Shown in pieces: positions 9,480-18,273 of a stretch of DNA of 64,000 nt (positions are counted from its first letter, which is position 1; the number at the start of each line of letters is the position of its first letter). Source of the stretch: a virus. Lineage: Duplodnaviria > Caudoviricetes. The stretch lies in IMG/VR virus record IMGVR_UViG_3300021400_000491, positions 19,271 to 83,270 of that record; one strand, given 5' to 3'. The notes under the pieces are model-generated. The model saw only the letters and a program-made list of their open reading frames with translations, ran no database searches and had not been told where the DNA came from. The position numbers and the translations under genes were made by a program.

Positions 9480-10721
9480 ATGAAAAAAGAAAGGCACTTG
9501 TTCAAAAGGACTGAAACAAAGAACGGTAGGAAAGAAACACGGTGGTATTATTGGTTCTATGACGAGAACGGAAAGCAAGTTAAAAAATCATGTGGTCAGC
9601 ATGGGAAACCCTGTTATCTGAAAAAAGAAGCGGAAGCCTATTTAGCACTTCTGGAAGAGCAGGACAGAAGGGGAGAAGAAGAGTACAGACTAGCCCGGCA
9701 AATCCGGCTCTATGATGTCGGCTCTACTTTGTATGACGATGATTCGCTTTTTATGAAGCTGAAAGCGGCTCACGGAAAAGCATTGCAGCCGCAAACGATA
9801 ACACAGAAAAAACGGCTGATGAAAATTATTCTTGCTGAATTCGGCGAGAGAATCCCGGAAACAATCGAAGAGGGCGAGATTGAGAATTTCTTGATTTCGC
9901 TTGAATATAAAAACTCTTACAAGAATACGATTCTAGGTGTTTTGCGTGATTTGTTCGGAGAGTGTAAAAGATTACAGCTCGTAAAACATCGGCTTGATGT
10001 TGACGGCTTTATCAGAAGTGACAGACAGAAAAAAGACATTCTGACTATGGAGCAGCTTTCTTTATTGTTCCCGGACGATGTAGAAAAACTTACGGAAAAT
10101 TGGAGCGTAAAGGGAACTGATAAATACATCGGTATTGACGGAAAACCTCACGCTTACGGCTTTATGTTCGGTGTAATGTTCCGGCTTATGGCAAGTACAG
10201 GATTAAGACCGGGAGAAACAAGAGCAATCTGCATAGACCAGATACAGGACGGTGGACTTTTCATAAACCGTATGATTGACAGTTACGATGTGGAGCAGCC
10301 TTACTTGAAAAAGGGAAGCATAGAGAATCCGAAGCAAAGAACTGTATTGTTACCGTCAAAAATGGCTGAATTGCTGAATGATTATCTTGAAGTAAGACCG
10401 CAATGTAAGAAAAACTACATCTTTTCAAAAGACGGCGAATTTATCTTGCAGGGGTTGCTTGATACACGATTCAAATATTGCATTAAGAAGCTGGGAATTT
10501 ATGACGCTTCAAAGGTCATAACACCACACTCATTGAGATTCACATACAACACTTACACGGTGAATTCTAACCTCATTCCGGCGGAAGTTTTGCGGAAAAT
10601 GATAGGTCATAACTCGCAGATTATGACGGATTACTACACAAGACCAGACCTTGAGGCACAGTTGCAGGGCTTGCAGCCGTACCAAAAAAATGTTGATGAA
10701 ATCTGGAACAAAGTAAAATAA
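9480..10721 (+). CDS. int: Tyrosine recombinase / phage integrase
   Basis: TGLRPGE (R), HSLR (HxxR), IGH...MTDYY (H, Y). Confidence 0.95.
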   Translation: MKKERHLFKRTETKNGRKETRWYYWFYDENGKQVKKSCGQHGKPCYLKKEAEAYLALLEEQDRRGEEEYRLARQIRLYDVGSTLYDDDSLFMKLKAAHGKALQPQTITQKKRLMKIILAEFGERIPETIEEGEIENFLISLEYKNSYKNTILGVLRDLFGECKRLQLVKHRLDVDGFIRSDRQKKDILTMEQLSLLFPDDVEKLTENWSVKGTDKYIGIDGKPHAYGFMFGVMFRLMASTGLRPGETRAICIDQIQDGGLFINRMIDSYDVEQPYLKKGSIENPKQRTVLLPSKMAELLNDYLEVRPQCKKNYIFSKDGEFILQGLLDTRFKYCIKKLGIYDASKVITPHSLRFTYNTYTVNSNLIPAEVLRKMIGHNSQIMTDYYTRPDLEAQLQGLQPYQKNVDEIWNKVK

Positions 10722-10768
10722 AGACCGCTACTATTTTACTTTTTAGCTTGAATGTAAAATAACGCTTG

Positions 10769-10799
10769 AAAGCTCTCTTTTTGGAAGAGGGCTTTTTTT
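10769..10799 (+). terminator. Intrinsic terminator after integrase
   Basis: AAAGCTCTCTT...GAAGAGGGCTTTTTTT. Confidence 0.75.
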
Positions 10800-10861
10800 A
10801 TTGTCAAAAGCAATTATGATGTTTCTATAATGTAGTCACGATTTCAGCAAGTAAAATCAAG

Positions 10862-11050
10862 ATGTTACTAGATTTAATCAGCGGTCAGTCATTAGTTATT
10901 ATTGATTTCGTCAGCACTCTATCAATGGCTAGTCAAGATTTATCATGACAAAATCATGATACTATCATGCAAGATAAGAATAGATTAGATAAGATTAGAC
11001 TAGAAGAGATAAGAGAAGATGAGATAAATTTAAAATACTTACCGCCGTAA
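10862..11050 (+). pseudogene. Possible relic of a replication-initiator linker (NHDTIMQDKNRLDKIRLEEIRED) with internal stop
   Basis: Manual translation; ATCATG x3 and AGATAAG/AGATTAG repeats. Confidence 0.35.
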
Positions 11051-11067
11051 TTTTTTTCCGGCAAAAA

Positions 11068-11706
11068 TCAGTCGATGTGTTTCAAGACATAGTGAACTCT
11101 TCCGACAATTCCTAAACACTGTGAATCCTGTGGTTCTTCTTTGGTCGGATAAAGCGGATTGTCTGACTTGATGATGAACTTCCCGGAATCTTTATAAACT
11201 CGTTTTACATAACCGTCACCGTCACGCATTATTGCGTAAAGCCCTTCGCCGCTATAACCGCATGAATCGCAAAGCACCAAGTCACCGCGCCTTAAAGTGG
11301 GTTCCATGCTGTCACCGTCCACATAAAGCAAAGCTAAGTTTTCGCCGAATTGTTTTAAGTATCGCGGCACTTCCATGTAGCCGATTACTTGCGGCTCTTC
11401 CTGTAGGTACTGACCGTACCCGGCTGAAAGTTTTTGATTAAGTACAGGCACAAAGAATTTATCTGTGTCGGAATTTCTGACAACTCGCCTTTCGTTTTCT
11501 TCCAGACCGTCAATCAAAAAATCAAAAGATACACCGAAGATTTCAGATAGTTTTTTCAGTTCCGCAATGTTTGGCAGGCTGTTTCTCTGAATTTTGATTT
11601 CAAGATTACGCGCTCCATAGCCCAATTTTTCAGACAATTCTCTTTGAGTGATACCGTTGCTTTTGCAGAGATTTTGTATTCTTTCCCAGAATGAAGTTAT
11701 TTCCAT
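11068..11706 (-). CDS. cI: CI/LexA-like repressor (HTH plus S24 peptidase)
   Basis: ITQRELSEKLG HTH; VDGDSMEPTL (Ser), YVKRV (Lys). Confidence 0.93.
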   Translation of the reverse strand: MEITSFWERIQNLCKSNGITQRELSEKLGYGARNLEIKIQRNSLPNIAELKKLSEIFGVSFDFLIDGLEENERRVVRNSDTDKFFVPVLNQKLSAGYGQYLQEEPQVIGYMEVPRYLKQFGENLALLYVDGDSMEPTLRRGDLVLCDSCGYSGEGLYAIMRDGDGYVKRVYKDSGKFIIKSDNPLYPTKEEPQDSQCLGIVGRVHYVLKHID

Positions 11707-11791
11707 GCTCAAATTTTCGGCAGAAAACATCAAAAAAAGCACTGTTTTTTAAGAAATGTTGTGAAAAAGCACAAAATGGTGTAAAAACTTA

Positions 11792-11820
11792 TTGACTTTA
11801 AAATCAAACAGGTGTAAAAA
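11792..11820 (+). promoter_or_regulatory. Rightward early promoter divergent from cI, with repeated GGTGTAAAAAC
   Basis: TTGACT-17-TAAAAA; GGTGTAAAAAC at 11778 and 11811. Confidence 0.55.
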
Positions 11821-11883
11821 CAGAATCAAGACAACATCAAAACGATGTAACGACAGAGCCATTAACATTACAGCGCGTTGTTA

Positions 11884-11951
11884 ATTGCTTTGGCAATTTG
11901 GGGAAACCCGGAAAGCCTGTTGGTTTGCGCTGAAACTGACAGGCTTTTTTT
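11884..11951 (+). terminator. Leader: ATTGCTTTGGCA + GGG-GAAA-CCC hairpin + intrinsic terminator
   Basis: AAGCCTGT...ACAGGCTTTTTTT; parallels 15176-15253. Confidence 0.7.
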
Positions 11952-11971
11952 GTTGCAGGGGGATTGAAGGT

Positions 11972-12184
11972 ATGACAGACGCTAGAAAAGATGCGGTGTT
12001 GGCACTGACCGAGCAGATTTTGCGTGAAGCTGATGACGAGTTTAAGGGCATGGCTATTCATAAGGTCGGGGATATGTACGACAGCGTAGATATTTTCAAG
12101 GGCGTGGGCAAGATAAATGTCCGTATTGCCGGAGATAGCCCTCTTGCAATCTTCAAGGATATAGCAAGGGCGATACCTTGTTAA
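11972..12184 (+). CDS. Hypothetical protein
   Basis: Start reset to MTDARK after GAAGG RBS. Confidence 0.7.
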   Translation: MTDARKDAVLALTEQILREADDEFKGMAIHKVGDMYDSVDIFKGVGKINVRIAGDSPLAIFKDIARAIPC

Positions 12185-12191
12185 AAATATG

Positions 12192-12288
12192 GCGCGTGTA
12201 AGCCGCTAAAGGTTAAGCGGTGTATGTTCTTTTTTCAAAAGTTTTTCCGAAAGTAAATAACTTGCAGGTTCAAATCCTGTCACGCGCA
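12192..12288 (+). tRNA. Degenerate tRNA-like element (possible TTC anticodon, weak anticodon stem)
   Basis: GCGCGTG/CACGCGC acceptor, D-like CCGCT/AGCGG stem, GCAGG-TTCAAAT-CCTGT T arm; no CCA. Confidence 0.4.
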
Positions 12289-12556
12289 AGAGGAGTTGCT
12301 GGAAACAGGGCGCAAAGAGTACGCAGAGGGTGTGAGTAGAGTATGCGAAGGGTATGCGAAAAGAATAACAAAGGGGCTGTAGAGTTGCTCAAAGGCTACA
12401 GTGAGTATGTTATCCCGGACAAGCGAGGAAAAAATCTAATCCTTGCCACGCGCTCGCAGCGGAGTTTTCGGTGTAGGTAGTGTTTTGTCTGTTCAAGAGA
12501 TGTAGAGTGCCAGACCGCAGCAATGCGTTAATTGCAAAAAAAACAGGAGAAGAAGA

Positions 12557-13357
12557 ATGACCAACGAGAACATTTTAGAGAACTTGAAAAAACTGTATCA
12601 GTGCAAGACCGAATTCACGGTAACGCAGACAGGAAAGCAGAGCAAAAAAGTAAACGGATTTTATAAGCCGCTGACACATGAAATATTCTTGCATAACAAA
12701 AACTTCAAATCCGACAACGCCTTAATGTTCACGGCGATTCACGAGCTTACGCACCATATCCAGAATGAAAACGGCGTGAAAGCCGCAAGAGCGCACAACA
12801 ACGCTTTTTGGAGTACATTCTACAACCTTCTTGATGAAGCTGAAAGAATCGGCATTTATTCACGCGAACGAAGCGAAAGCGTAGCGGCAAAAGCAAAAGA
12901 ACTTACAGACATTCAAAAACAGATTATCGAATTGCAGAAAAAACAGGGAAAACTTCTTGCCGAACTTCACAGGGAATGTGAAGAGCAAGGCGACAGATAC
13001 GAAGATGTGCTTGAACATGATTTGCAGATTTCCAGAAACAAGGCAAAAGAATTACAGAAACAGGCTTATTTGACATCTGATGTTTCTGATGAAATGTCAA
13101 AGGCAATCAATTCAGCAAAAGACGCAATGATGAAAAACGCAGCAATACAGGCGGCTGACAGCGGGGCAACCGTTGAGCAGGTAAAGGCGATTGCAAAAGA
13201 CACGGCGAAAAAAACTAAGCCTGCAGACGATGGACTTGATTCACCTTCAAGCCTTATGCGCGAAAAGAAGCGTATTGAAAAAACAATCGAGCAGTTACAA
13301 GACAGACTTGTAAACATTGACGAACAGCTTATAAGCATGGGGGTAGATGATGATTGA
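12557..13357 (+). CDS. HExxH metalloprotease-like (SprT-type) protein with coiled-coil tail
   Basis: TAIHELTHHIQ...AHNNAFW. Confidence 0.7.
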   Translation: MTNENILENLKKLYQCKTEFTVTQTGKQSKKVNGFYKPLTHEIFLHNKNFKSDNALMFTAIHELTHHIQNENGVKAARAHNNAFWSTFYNLLDEAERIGIYSRERSESVAAKAKELTDIQKQIIELQKKQGKLLAELHRECEEQGDRYEDVLEHDLQISRNKAKELQKQAYLTSDVSDEMSKAINSAKDAMMKNAAIQAADSGATVEQVKAIAKDTAKKTKPADDGLDSPSSLMREKKRIEKTIEQLQDRLVNIDEQLISMGVDDD

Positions 13358-13583
13358 CGGTAACGAAATCAAGCTGAATACCACCCAGCAGAGAGTTTTT
13401 AATTACATCATGGATTTTGGGTCAATCACGACACTTGAAGCGTGTGTGGATTTAGGCGAAACAAGGCTTTCAGCACGGATTTTTGAGCTGAAAAGCAAGG
13501 GTGTGAATATTTCAAGTGATTGGATTGAAGTCCAGAACAGGTACAAGGAAAAACGCCATGTAAAGCGATATTACATCGGCTAA
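13347..13583 (+). CDS. Winged-HTH DNA-binding protein
   Basis: GSITTLEACVDLGETRLSARIFELKSKG. Confidence 0.8.
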   Translation: MMIDGNEIKLNTTQQRVFNYIMDFGSITTLEACVDLGETRLSARIFELKSKGVNISSDWIEVQNRYKEKRHVKRYYIG

Positions 13584-13607
13584 AAATAAACAAAAAGGAG
13601 TTCTGAA

Positions 13608-14525
13608 ATGGAATTGTTCGGAAAAGAAATCAAGAAGAAGCACATTATCACATCAATCGTGATTTTGCTTGCTCTTGTAGTAGGTATCAACTCATGCTCA
13701 ACCGTAAAACAGCGTGAGCGCGGAGTTGAATATGTTTTCGGTAAAGTAAAAGGCGATGTTATCAAGCCGGGCTTGAAATTCCATGCGCCATTTATCGCAA
13801 ATGTAACAAAGTATTCAATCGCGCCAAAAACTTTTGAAGCTACTTTTGCAGTCGGAAATGACGGAGCAATTACCCGCGATATGCAGACGGTCGGAACGAC
13901 TGTAAATGTCAAATATGCTTATGACGAATCGCGCATTATGGATATTGCCACAAGATACGGCGATAGTGTGATTGAATCTGCAATGAAATCAAATATTATC
14001 GCAAGCGTTAAGGAAGTCGTAGGCTGCTATTCGATTTATGAACTTGTAGAAAAACAGCCGGAAGTTACAAGCCGTGTTTCTGAATCCATTTTAGCAAGAA
14101 TGGTCGATTATCCTATCACAATTTCACAGACAACTATCACAAATTGGGATTGGTCAGATGATTTTGACCGCCAGATTAAAGAAACGGCAAATCGTACACA
14201 GCAGGTAAAACAGGCGGAGCAGGAAGCAAATATTGCCGCCGCAAACGCGCAGAAACTTGTCAAAGAAGCCGAAGCAAAAAAACAGGCTATTCAGCTTGAA
14301 GCAGAAGCCGCATTGATTAAGGCACAGAATGAAGCCAAAGCAAAACAGGCTGAGGCTGACGGTATCGCATATTATAACGCAAAAATTGCACAGAACATGA
14401 CTATTCAACAGCAGCAATGGAAACATGAGGAACAAATGGCATATTACGACAAGTGGAACGGAATCCTTGTATCGCAGTACATACCTCTTACGGCTGCAGG
14501 CGGAATTGTCAATCTCTCTAAATAA
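13608..14525 (+). CDS. SPFH/prohibitin (band 7) family membrane protein
   Basis: N-terminal TM, ERGVEYVFGKV...PGLKFHAPF, AxA coiled coil. Confidence 0.9.
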   Translation: MELFGKEIKKKHIITSIVILLALVVGINSCSTVKQRERGVEYVFGKVKGDVIKPGLKFHAPFIANVTKYSIAPKTFEATFAVGNDGAITRDMQTVGTTVNVKYAYDESRIMDIATRYGDSVIESAMKSNIIASVKEVVGCYSIYELVEKQPEVTSRVSESILARMVDYPITISQTTITNWDWSDDFDRQIKETANRTQQVKQAEQEANIAAANAQKLVKEAEAKKQAIQLEAEAALIKAQNEAKAKQAEADGIAYYNAKIAQNMTIQQQQWKHEEQMAYYDKWNGILVSQYIPLTAAGGIVNLSK

Positions 14526-14552
14526 CTATCGGGCAAAAAGTGAGGTGGGAAA

Positions 14553-14696
14553 ATGGGAAGGAGAATCTATGTAGAACAGTACACACCGAAGATGTACACA
14601 ATGCACAAAAACGGCGTACAGACTAGGCGCATTAGCTTTATCCGTTACCTGTTTTTGAAGCTTTGCGGTAGCAAGGATATAAAAGTCCTTCGCTAA
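14553..14696 (+). CDS. Small hypothetical protein (47 aa)
   Basis: GAGGTGGG RBS; manual translation MGRRIYVEQY... Confidence 0.5.
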   Translation: MGRRIYVEQYTPKMYTMHKNGVQTRRISFIRYLFLKLCGSKDIKVLR

Positions 14697-15034
14697 AAAT
14701 CCTGCTGCTTTTCAGATTGCTTTTTGAACAAGTCAATCTGGAATTGCAGCGAGGACATGAGGAATGATTTTTGATTTTCATTCAGCGTGTCTAGTTCTGC
14801 AAAAAGAAGCCGTATTTCTTGCGGAAAATCACATTTCTCTTGACCTGTAATCAGAAAATCAAGGGAAACTTTGAAATGCTTTGCGATTGCTACTAAATCC
14901 GGGAGAGCCGGGAAGCGTTTAGCCTGTTGGCTGGAATAGTAAGACGATTGCACGATTCCGTTTTTTTCAAGCATTTCTTTCAGCGAGATACCTTCTTTTT
15001 TGCAGAGTTCTTTAATCCGTTCGTAAATATCCAT
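14693..15034 (-). CDS. XRE-family HTH repressor
   Basis: YERIKELCKKEGISLKEML...PALPDLVAIAKHFKVSLDFLITG. Confidence 0.9.
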   Translation of the reverse strand: MDIYERIKELCKKEGISLKEMLEKNGIVQSSYYSSQQAKRFPALPDLVAIAKHFKVSLDFLITGQEKCDFPQEIRLLFAELDTLNENQKSFLMSSLQFQIDLFKKQSEKQQDF

Positions 15035-15077
15035 GCTTTTATGTTCGGAATAATTGCTTAAAAACATAATTATTATC

Positions 15078-15133
15078 TTGACAGATTACGCGAAAAAGCA
15101 ATAATATAAAAGTGTAATTGCTTTATTAAGCAA
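15078..15133 (+). promoter_or_regulatory. Promoter TTGACA-18-TAATAT plus operator AATTGCTTTATTAAGCAA
   Basis: Mirrors 5967-6024. Confidence 0.7.
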
Positions 15134-15175
15134 TTTTATAACAGAGCAATGGAAAAAGAACCGTGACCTTTTTTG

Positions 15176-15253
15176 ATTGCTTTGGCAGTCACTCCCGAAA
15201 GGGGAATGAAAGCCGTAGGTTTTTGTCACGGAAAGCCTGCGGCTTTTCTTTTT
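15176..15253 (+). terminator. Leader: ATTGCTTTGGCA + TCCC-GAAA-GGGG hairpin + intrinsic terminator
   Basis: AAGCCGTAGG...CCTGCGGCTTTTCTTTTT. Confidence 0.7.
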
Positions 15254-15267
15254 GGGGGATAAAGAAA

Positions 15268-15885
15268 ATGAATGAGATTGCTACAGAAAAAACAGTTACA
15301 ACAAAAGAATTGGCTGAAATGTTGGGTGTAGATGTAGATACAGTAAACAATACCGTAAACCGATTAGGCTTTTCCGATGTACTTCGGAAAAGTACAGGTG
15401 GTAGACCTACAAGAGTTTTCAACGAAAAGCAAGCAACACTCATTAAACAAGCAATTCAAAGGCATCACAATCTTGCGACAAGACAAATTGATAATATTTC
15501 TACAGACCTAGAGGGTGAATTGCTTGTACAGAAAGCAATGGCTTATCAACAAATGAAAATAAATCAGCTACAGGCAAAAGTAAAAGAAATGCAACCTAAA
15601 GCCATTATTTATGATGAATTTGTAAGTCGTGATAGATTCTGCAATTTCCGGGACGGTGCTAATTATCTCCACATTTCACAATCTGACTTAATGAATCTTC
15701 TGAAAACTCGCTACATCTACAAAAATAATGTAGGTGAATATCGCTGCTATGGTGAATACTCGCAGTATTTCACTTTAAGACCATTTACTTTGGGCGACAA
15801 AACAAAACAGCAACTAATGTTCACGATTAAGGGTTTAGAGTTCTTCAAAAATAAAATCAATTCAACAAAAAGGGTGGAAGCATGA
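15268..15885 (+). CDS. Phage antirepressor (KilAC-type C-terminus)
   Basis: MQPKAIIYDEFV...NFRDGANYLHI...QQLMFTIKGLEFF. Confidence 0.85.
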   Translation: MNEIATEKTVTTKELAEMLGVDVDTVNNTVNRLGFSDVLRKSTGGRPTRVFNEKQATLIKQAIQRHHNLATRQIDNISTDLEGELLVQKAMAYQQMKINQLQAKVKEMQPKAIIYDEFVSRDRFCNFRDGANYLHISQSDLMNLLKTRYIYKNNVGEYRCYGEYSQYFTLRPFTLGDKTKQQLMFTIKGLEFFKNKINSTKRVEA

Positions 15886-16232
15886 CCTTACAGATTGATG
15901 ATGAAGGGGAACTTGGAAAACTTCTTCAACTTCTCCCGGAAGCGATAAACACATTCAAACAGGCTGCAAGCGTACAAAACAATCAGCTTACGGCGCAATG
16001 GTACGACTTGGAAGCCTGTTACAACTTGCGCGGCGTGGGTGCTTTTTCGACCTTCAAAAATAACAGGTGGTATCAGCCGAAGGGCGGAATCCCGGACGGC
16101 ATCGTACAGGGGCGGCACGCTTGGAGCAGGGAAACGGTGGCGGAATGGCTGACTTATACGGACAAAACGCTTCCAGAATACCACAAGAAATATTGCACAG
16201 GTGCAAGGAATCCGAAGGGGGCGCAGAAATGA
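15882..16232 (+). CDS. Hypothetical, possibly excisionase-like DNA-binding protein
   Basis: RHAWSRETVAEWL resembles AlpA/Xis C-termini. Confidence 0.5.
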   Translation: MTLQIDDEGELGKLLQLLPEAINTFKQAASVQNNQLTAQWYDLEACYNLRGVGAFSTFKNNRWYQPKGGIPDGIVQGRHAWSRETVAEWLTYTDKTLPEYHKKYCTGARNPKGAQK

Positions 16233-16426
16233 TGTTGAAATGCACTACAACGAAGTTTAACGGTAAGGATATAAAACTTTACGAATCTTCCTACAAGGGC
16301 AAAAAGCAGACCTTCGGAAGCGTGAGAGAAGCACTTTTATACAGCATGGGTTACGGTTCTGACCAAGCGGCAGAATTGCGCTACATGATGAAAAAAAAGA
16401 TAGACGAGAAATCCAACGAAGCATAA
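16229..16426 (+). CDS. Hypothetical protein
   Basis: ATGA overlap. Confidence 0.65.
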   Translation: MMLKCTTTKFNGKDIKLYESSYKGKKQTFGSVREALLYSMGYGSDQAAELRYMMKKKIDEKSNEA

Positions 16427-16437
16427 GGAGGCAAAAA

Positions 16438-17490
16438 ATGCTTTATGAAGAAATCTTGAAAAACGGATTCTGTACGGCTGAAAGTACGGAAGGTATGAGC
16501 GAAGATGTGTGGCTTGATAAACGCCGTGAGGGTATCGGCGGCAGTGATTCCGGGGCAATCCTTAACATGAATCGCTTTGCTACACCGTTGAGCGTTTACA
16601 TCGCAAAGAAAAACCTTCTTGATTCTGATTTGAATAAAAACAATCAGTCTATCAAGTGGGGAAAAATGGCGGAAGCTGCAATCAGAAAAGGGCTTGCAGA
16701 CGATTTGAATTTGCAGATTGAAACCGCTCCTGTAATGTTCAAGAGCGTTAAAAATCCGTTCATGCTTGCTGATTTGGACGGCGTGATTTTTGTGCCGGAA
16801 GCAAGAGAAATCAACGGAAAGACCGTTAAGGGAATCGGCGGGCTTGAAATCAAAACCGCAACTTCACGCAATACGGAATTTGGAAGTGATGAAATTCCAG
16901 ACAGCTATTATTGCCAAGTCCAGCATTACATGGCTGTAACCGGGCTTGATTGGTTCGTTCTTTGTGTGCTTATTGACAAGGCAGACGGCAGAATCTACAC
17001 AGTGCCTAGAAATGACGACTTTATCAACAACACTCTTATTCCGGCTGAAAAATCATTCTGGAATGACTATGTACTTGCAGAAGTAATGCCAGCTCCAACA
17101 GGCAATGAATACGAATCAAAGATTGTTGACGGCGTTTATAAAGAGTGTGCCGCCGAGGTTGAACTTCCCGAAGAGGTTTCTTTGCTCTGTGATGAATACA
17201 ATCTTGCAGCACAGGAAGAAAAAGCCGCCGGAGAGAAAAAAGAAATCATCAAGGAAAAAATCAAGATTGCCATTATGAAAGCCTCGCCGACCGCTGATGT
17301 CGAGAAGCAGAAAATCATCGCAAAGGCGGGCGGTGCAAAAATATCTTGGAACAAGCAGGTTCGCAAGATTGCCGACACAGACAAGCTCAAAAAATCCGGG
17401 CTTTTTGATGAATATTGCAAGGAATCAGCAAGCCTTGTAATGAGAATCACGGCAGAGAAAAAAGCAGCGGGGGCGGCTGATGTATTCTGA
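16438..17490 (+). CDS. YqaJ-like viral recombinase exonuclease
   Basis: WLDKRREGIGGSD...MLADLDG...LEIKT...YYCQVQHYM. Confidence 0.93.
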   Translation: MLYEEILKNGFCTAESTEGMSEDVWLDKRREGIGGSDSGAILNMNRFATPLSVYIAKKNLLDSDLNKNNQSIKWGKMAEAAIRKGLADDLNLQIETAPVMFKSVKNPFMLADLDGVIFVPEAREINGKTVKGIGGLEIKTATSRNTEFGSDEIPDSYYCQVQHYMAVTGLDWFVLCVLIDKADGRIYTVPRNDDFINNTLIPAEKSFWNDYVLAEVMPAPTGNEYESKIVDGVYKECAAEVELPEEVSLLCDEYNLAAQEEKAAGEKKEIIKEKIKIAIMKASPTADVEKQKIIAKAGGAKISWNKQVRKIADTDKLKKSGLFDEYCKESASLVMRITAEKKAAGAADVF

Positions 17491-17677
17491 TGATGAAGAT
17501 TTGAGAGTGGATAGGTGCTGTTGTGGCGGAAATCCGCAGGTAGAAAGTAAGTACGGCTCTTTCTTTGTCATTTGTAAAGAGTGTGGTTGCTCTGGTTCTT
17601 CATATCCAACACAGAAACAGGCAATCCGCTCTTGGAACAAGAAAAACAGACGAATTAAGGGGGAATCTGAAAAATGA
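17480..17677 (+). CDS. Lar-family restriction alleviation-like Zn-ribbon protein
   Basis: CCCGGNP...FFVICKECGCSG...AIRSWN. Confidence 0.7.
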   Translation: MYSDDEDLRVDRCCCGGNPQVESKYGSFFVICKECGCSGSSYPTQKQAIRSWNKKNRRIKGESEK

Positions 17678-18273
17678 AAGTTCTTTGGTGTGACACAGAA
17701 ACAACAGGTTTAAAGCCGGAAAACAGCGGAGCTTTTCAAGTCGCAATGCTTTTTAAGCACGGCATGGATAAAACAAAAGTGTGGCAGCGGCTTTTCTTTC
17801 TGAATCCGCTGGACGAAGAAAAGGGCATTTTATACCACGAAGAAGCATACGAAACCCACGGCGTAAAGAAAGAAACGATTGAAGGGTACGCAAAGGCGGC
17901 GGAAGTAATGCCGAGAATCGCTTCTTTCTTTCTGGAATACGGCAAAGGTTTCAATGACGATGGGAAGTTTGAAAAGATGTACTTTGCAGGATATAACCCG
18001 TTTTTCGATTGGCAACATCTGGACGAACTTTTCAAGCGTTACACCGAATACAAGATGTCAGATTTCTTTGAGCCGAAATTGCTTGATGTTCTGGAACAGG
18101 TAAAGCGGGCAACGGCAATGGGGAAACTGAATACCGTAAACAAGAAACTTACAACGGTTTGCAAATCGCTTGAAATTCCGCTTGTAAACGCGCATGACGC
18201 TATGGGCGACATCGAAGCAACAAGAGAATTGGCGGTAAGACTTCAAAGAATTGGTGTACCTTTGGTTTTGTAA
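17674..18273 (+). CDS. DEDDh 3'-5' exonuclease (DnaQ-like)
   Basis: CDTETTG, GYNPFFD, AHDAMGDI. Confidence 0.92.
   Translation: MKVLWCDTETTGLKPENSGAFQVAMLFKHGMDKTKVWQRLFFLNPLDEEKGILYHEEAYETHGVKKETIEGYAKAAEVMPRIASFFLEYGKGFNDDGKFEKMYFAGYNPFFDWQHLDELFKRYTEYKMSDFFEPKLLDVLEQVKRATAMGKLNTVNKKLTTVCKSLEIPLVNAHDAMGDIEATRELAVRLQRIGVPLVL

Noticed and set aside
10921-11040. attP located downstream of int
   Set aside because: The upstream 9197-9442 region has the more convincing arm/core symmetry; these repeats read better as a coding relic
12372-12460. tmRNA-like 5' end (GGGGCTG)
   Set aside because: No complementary CAGCYCC-ACCA 3' end or tag frame found
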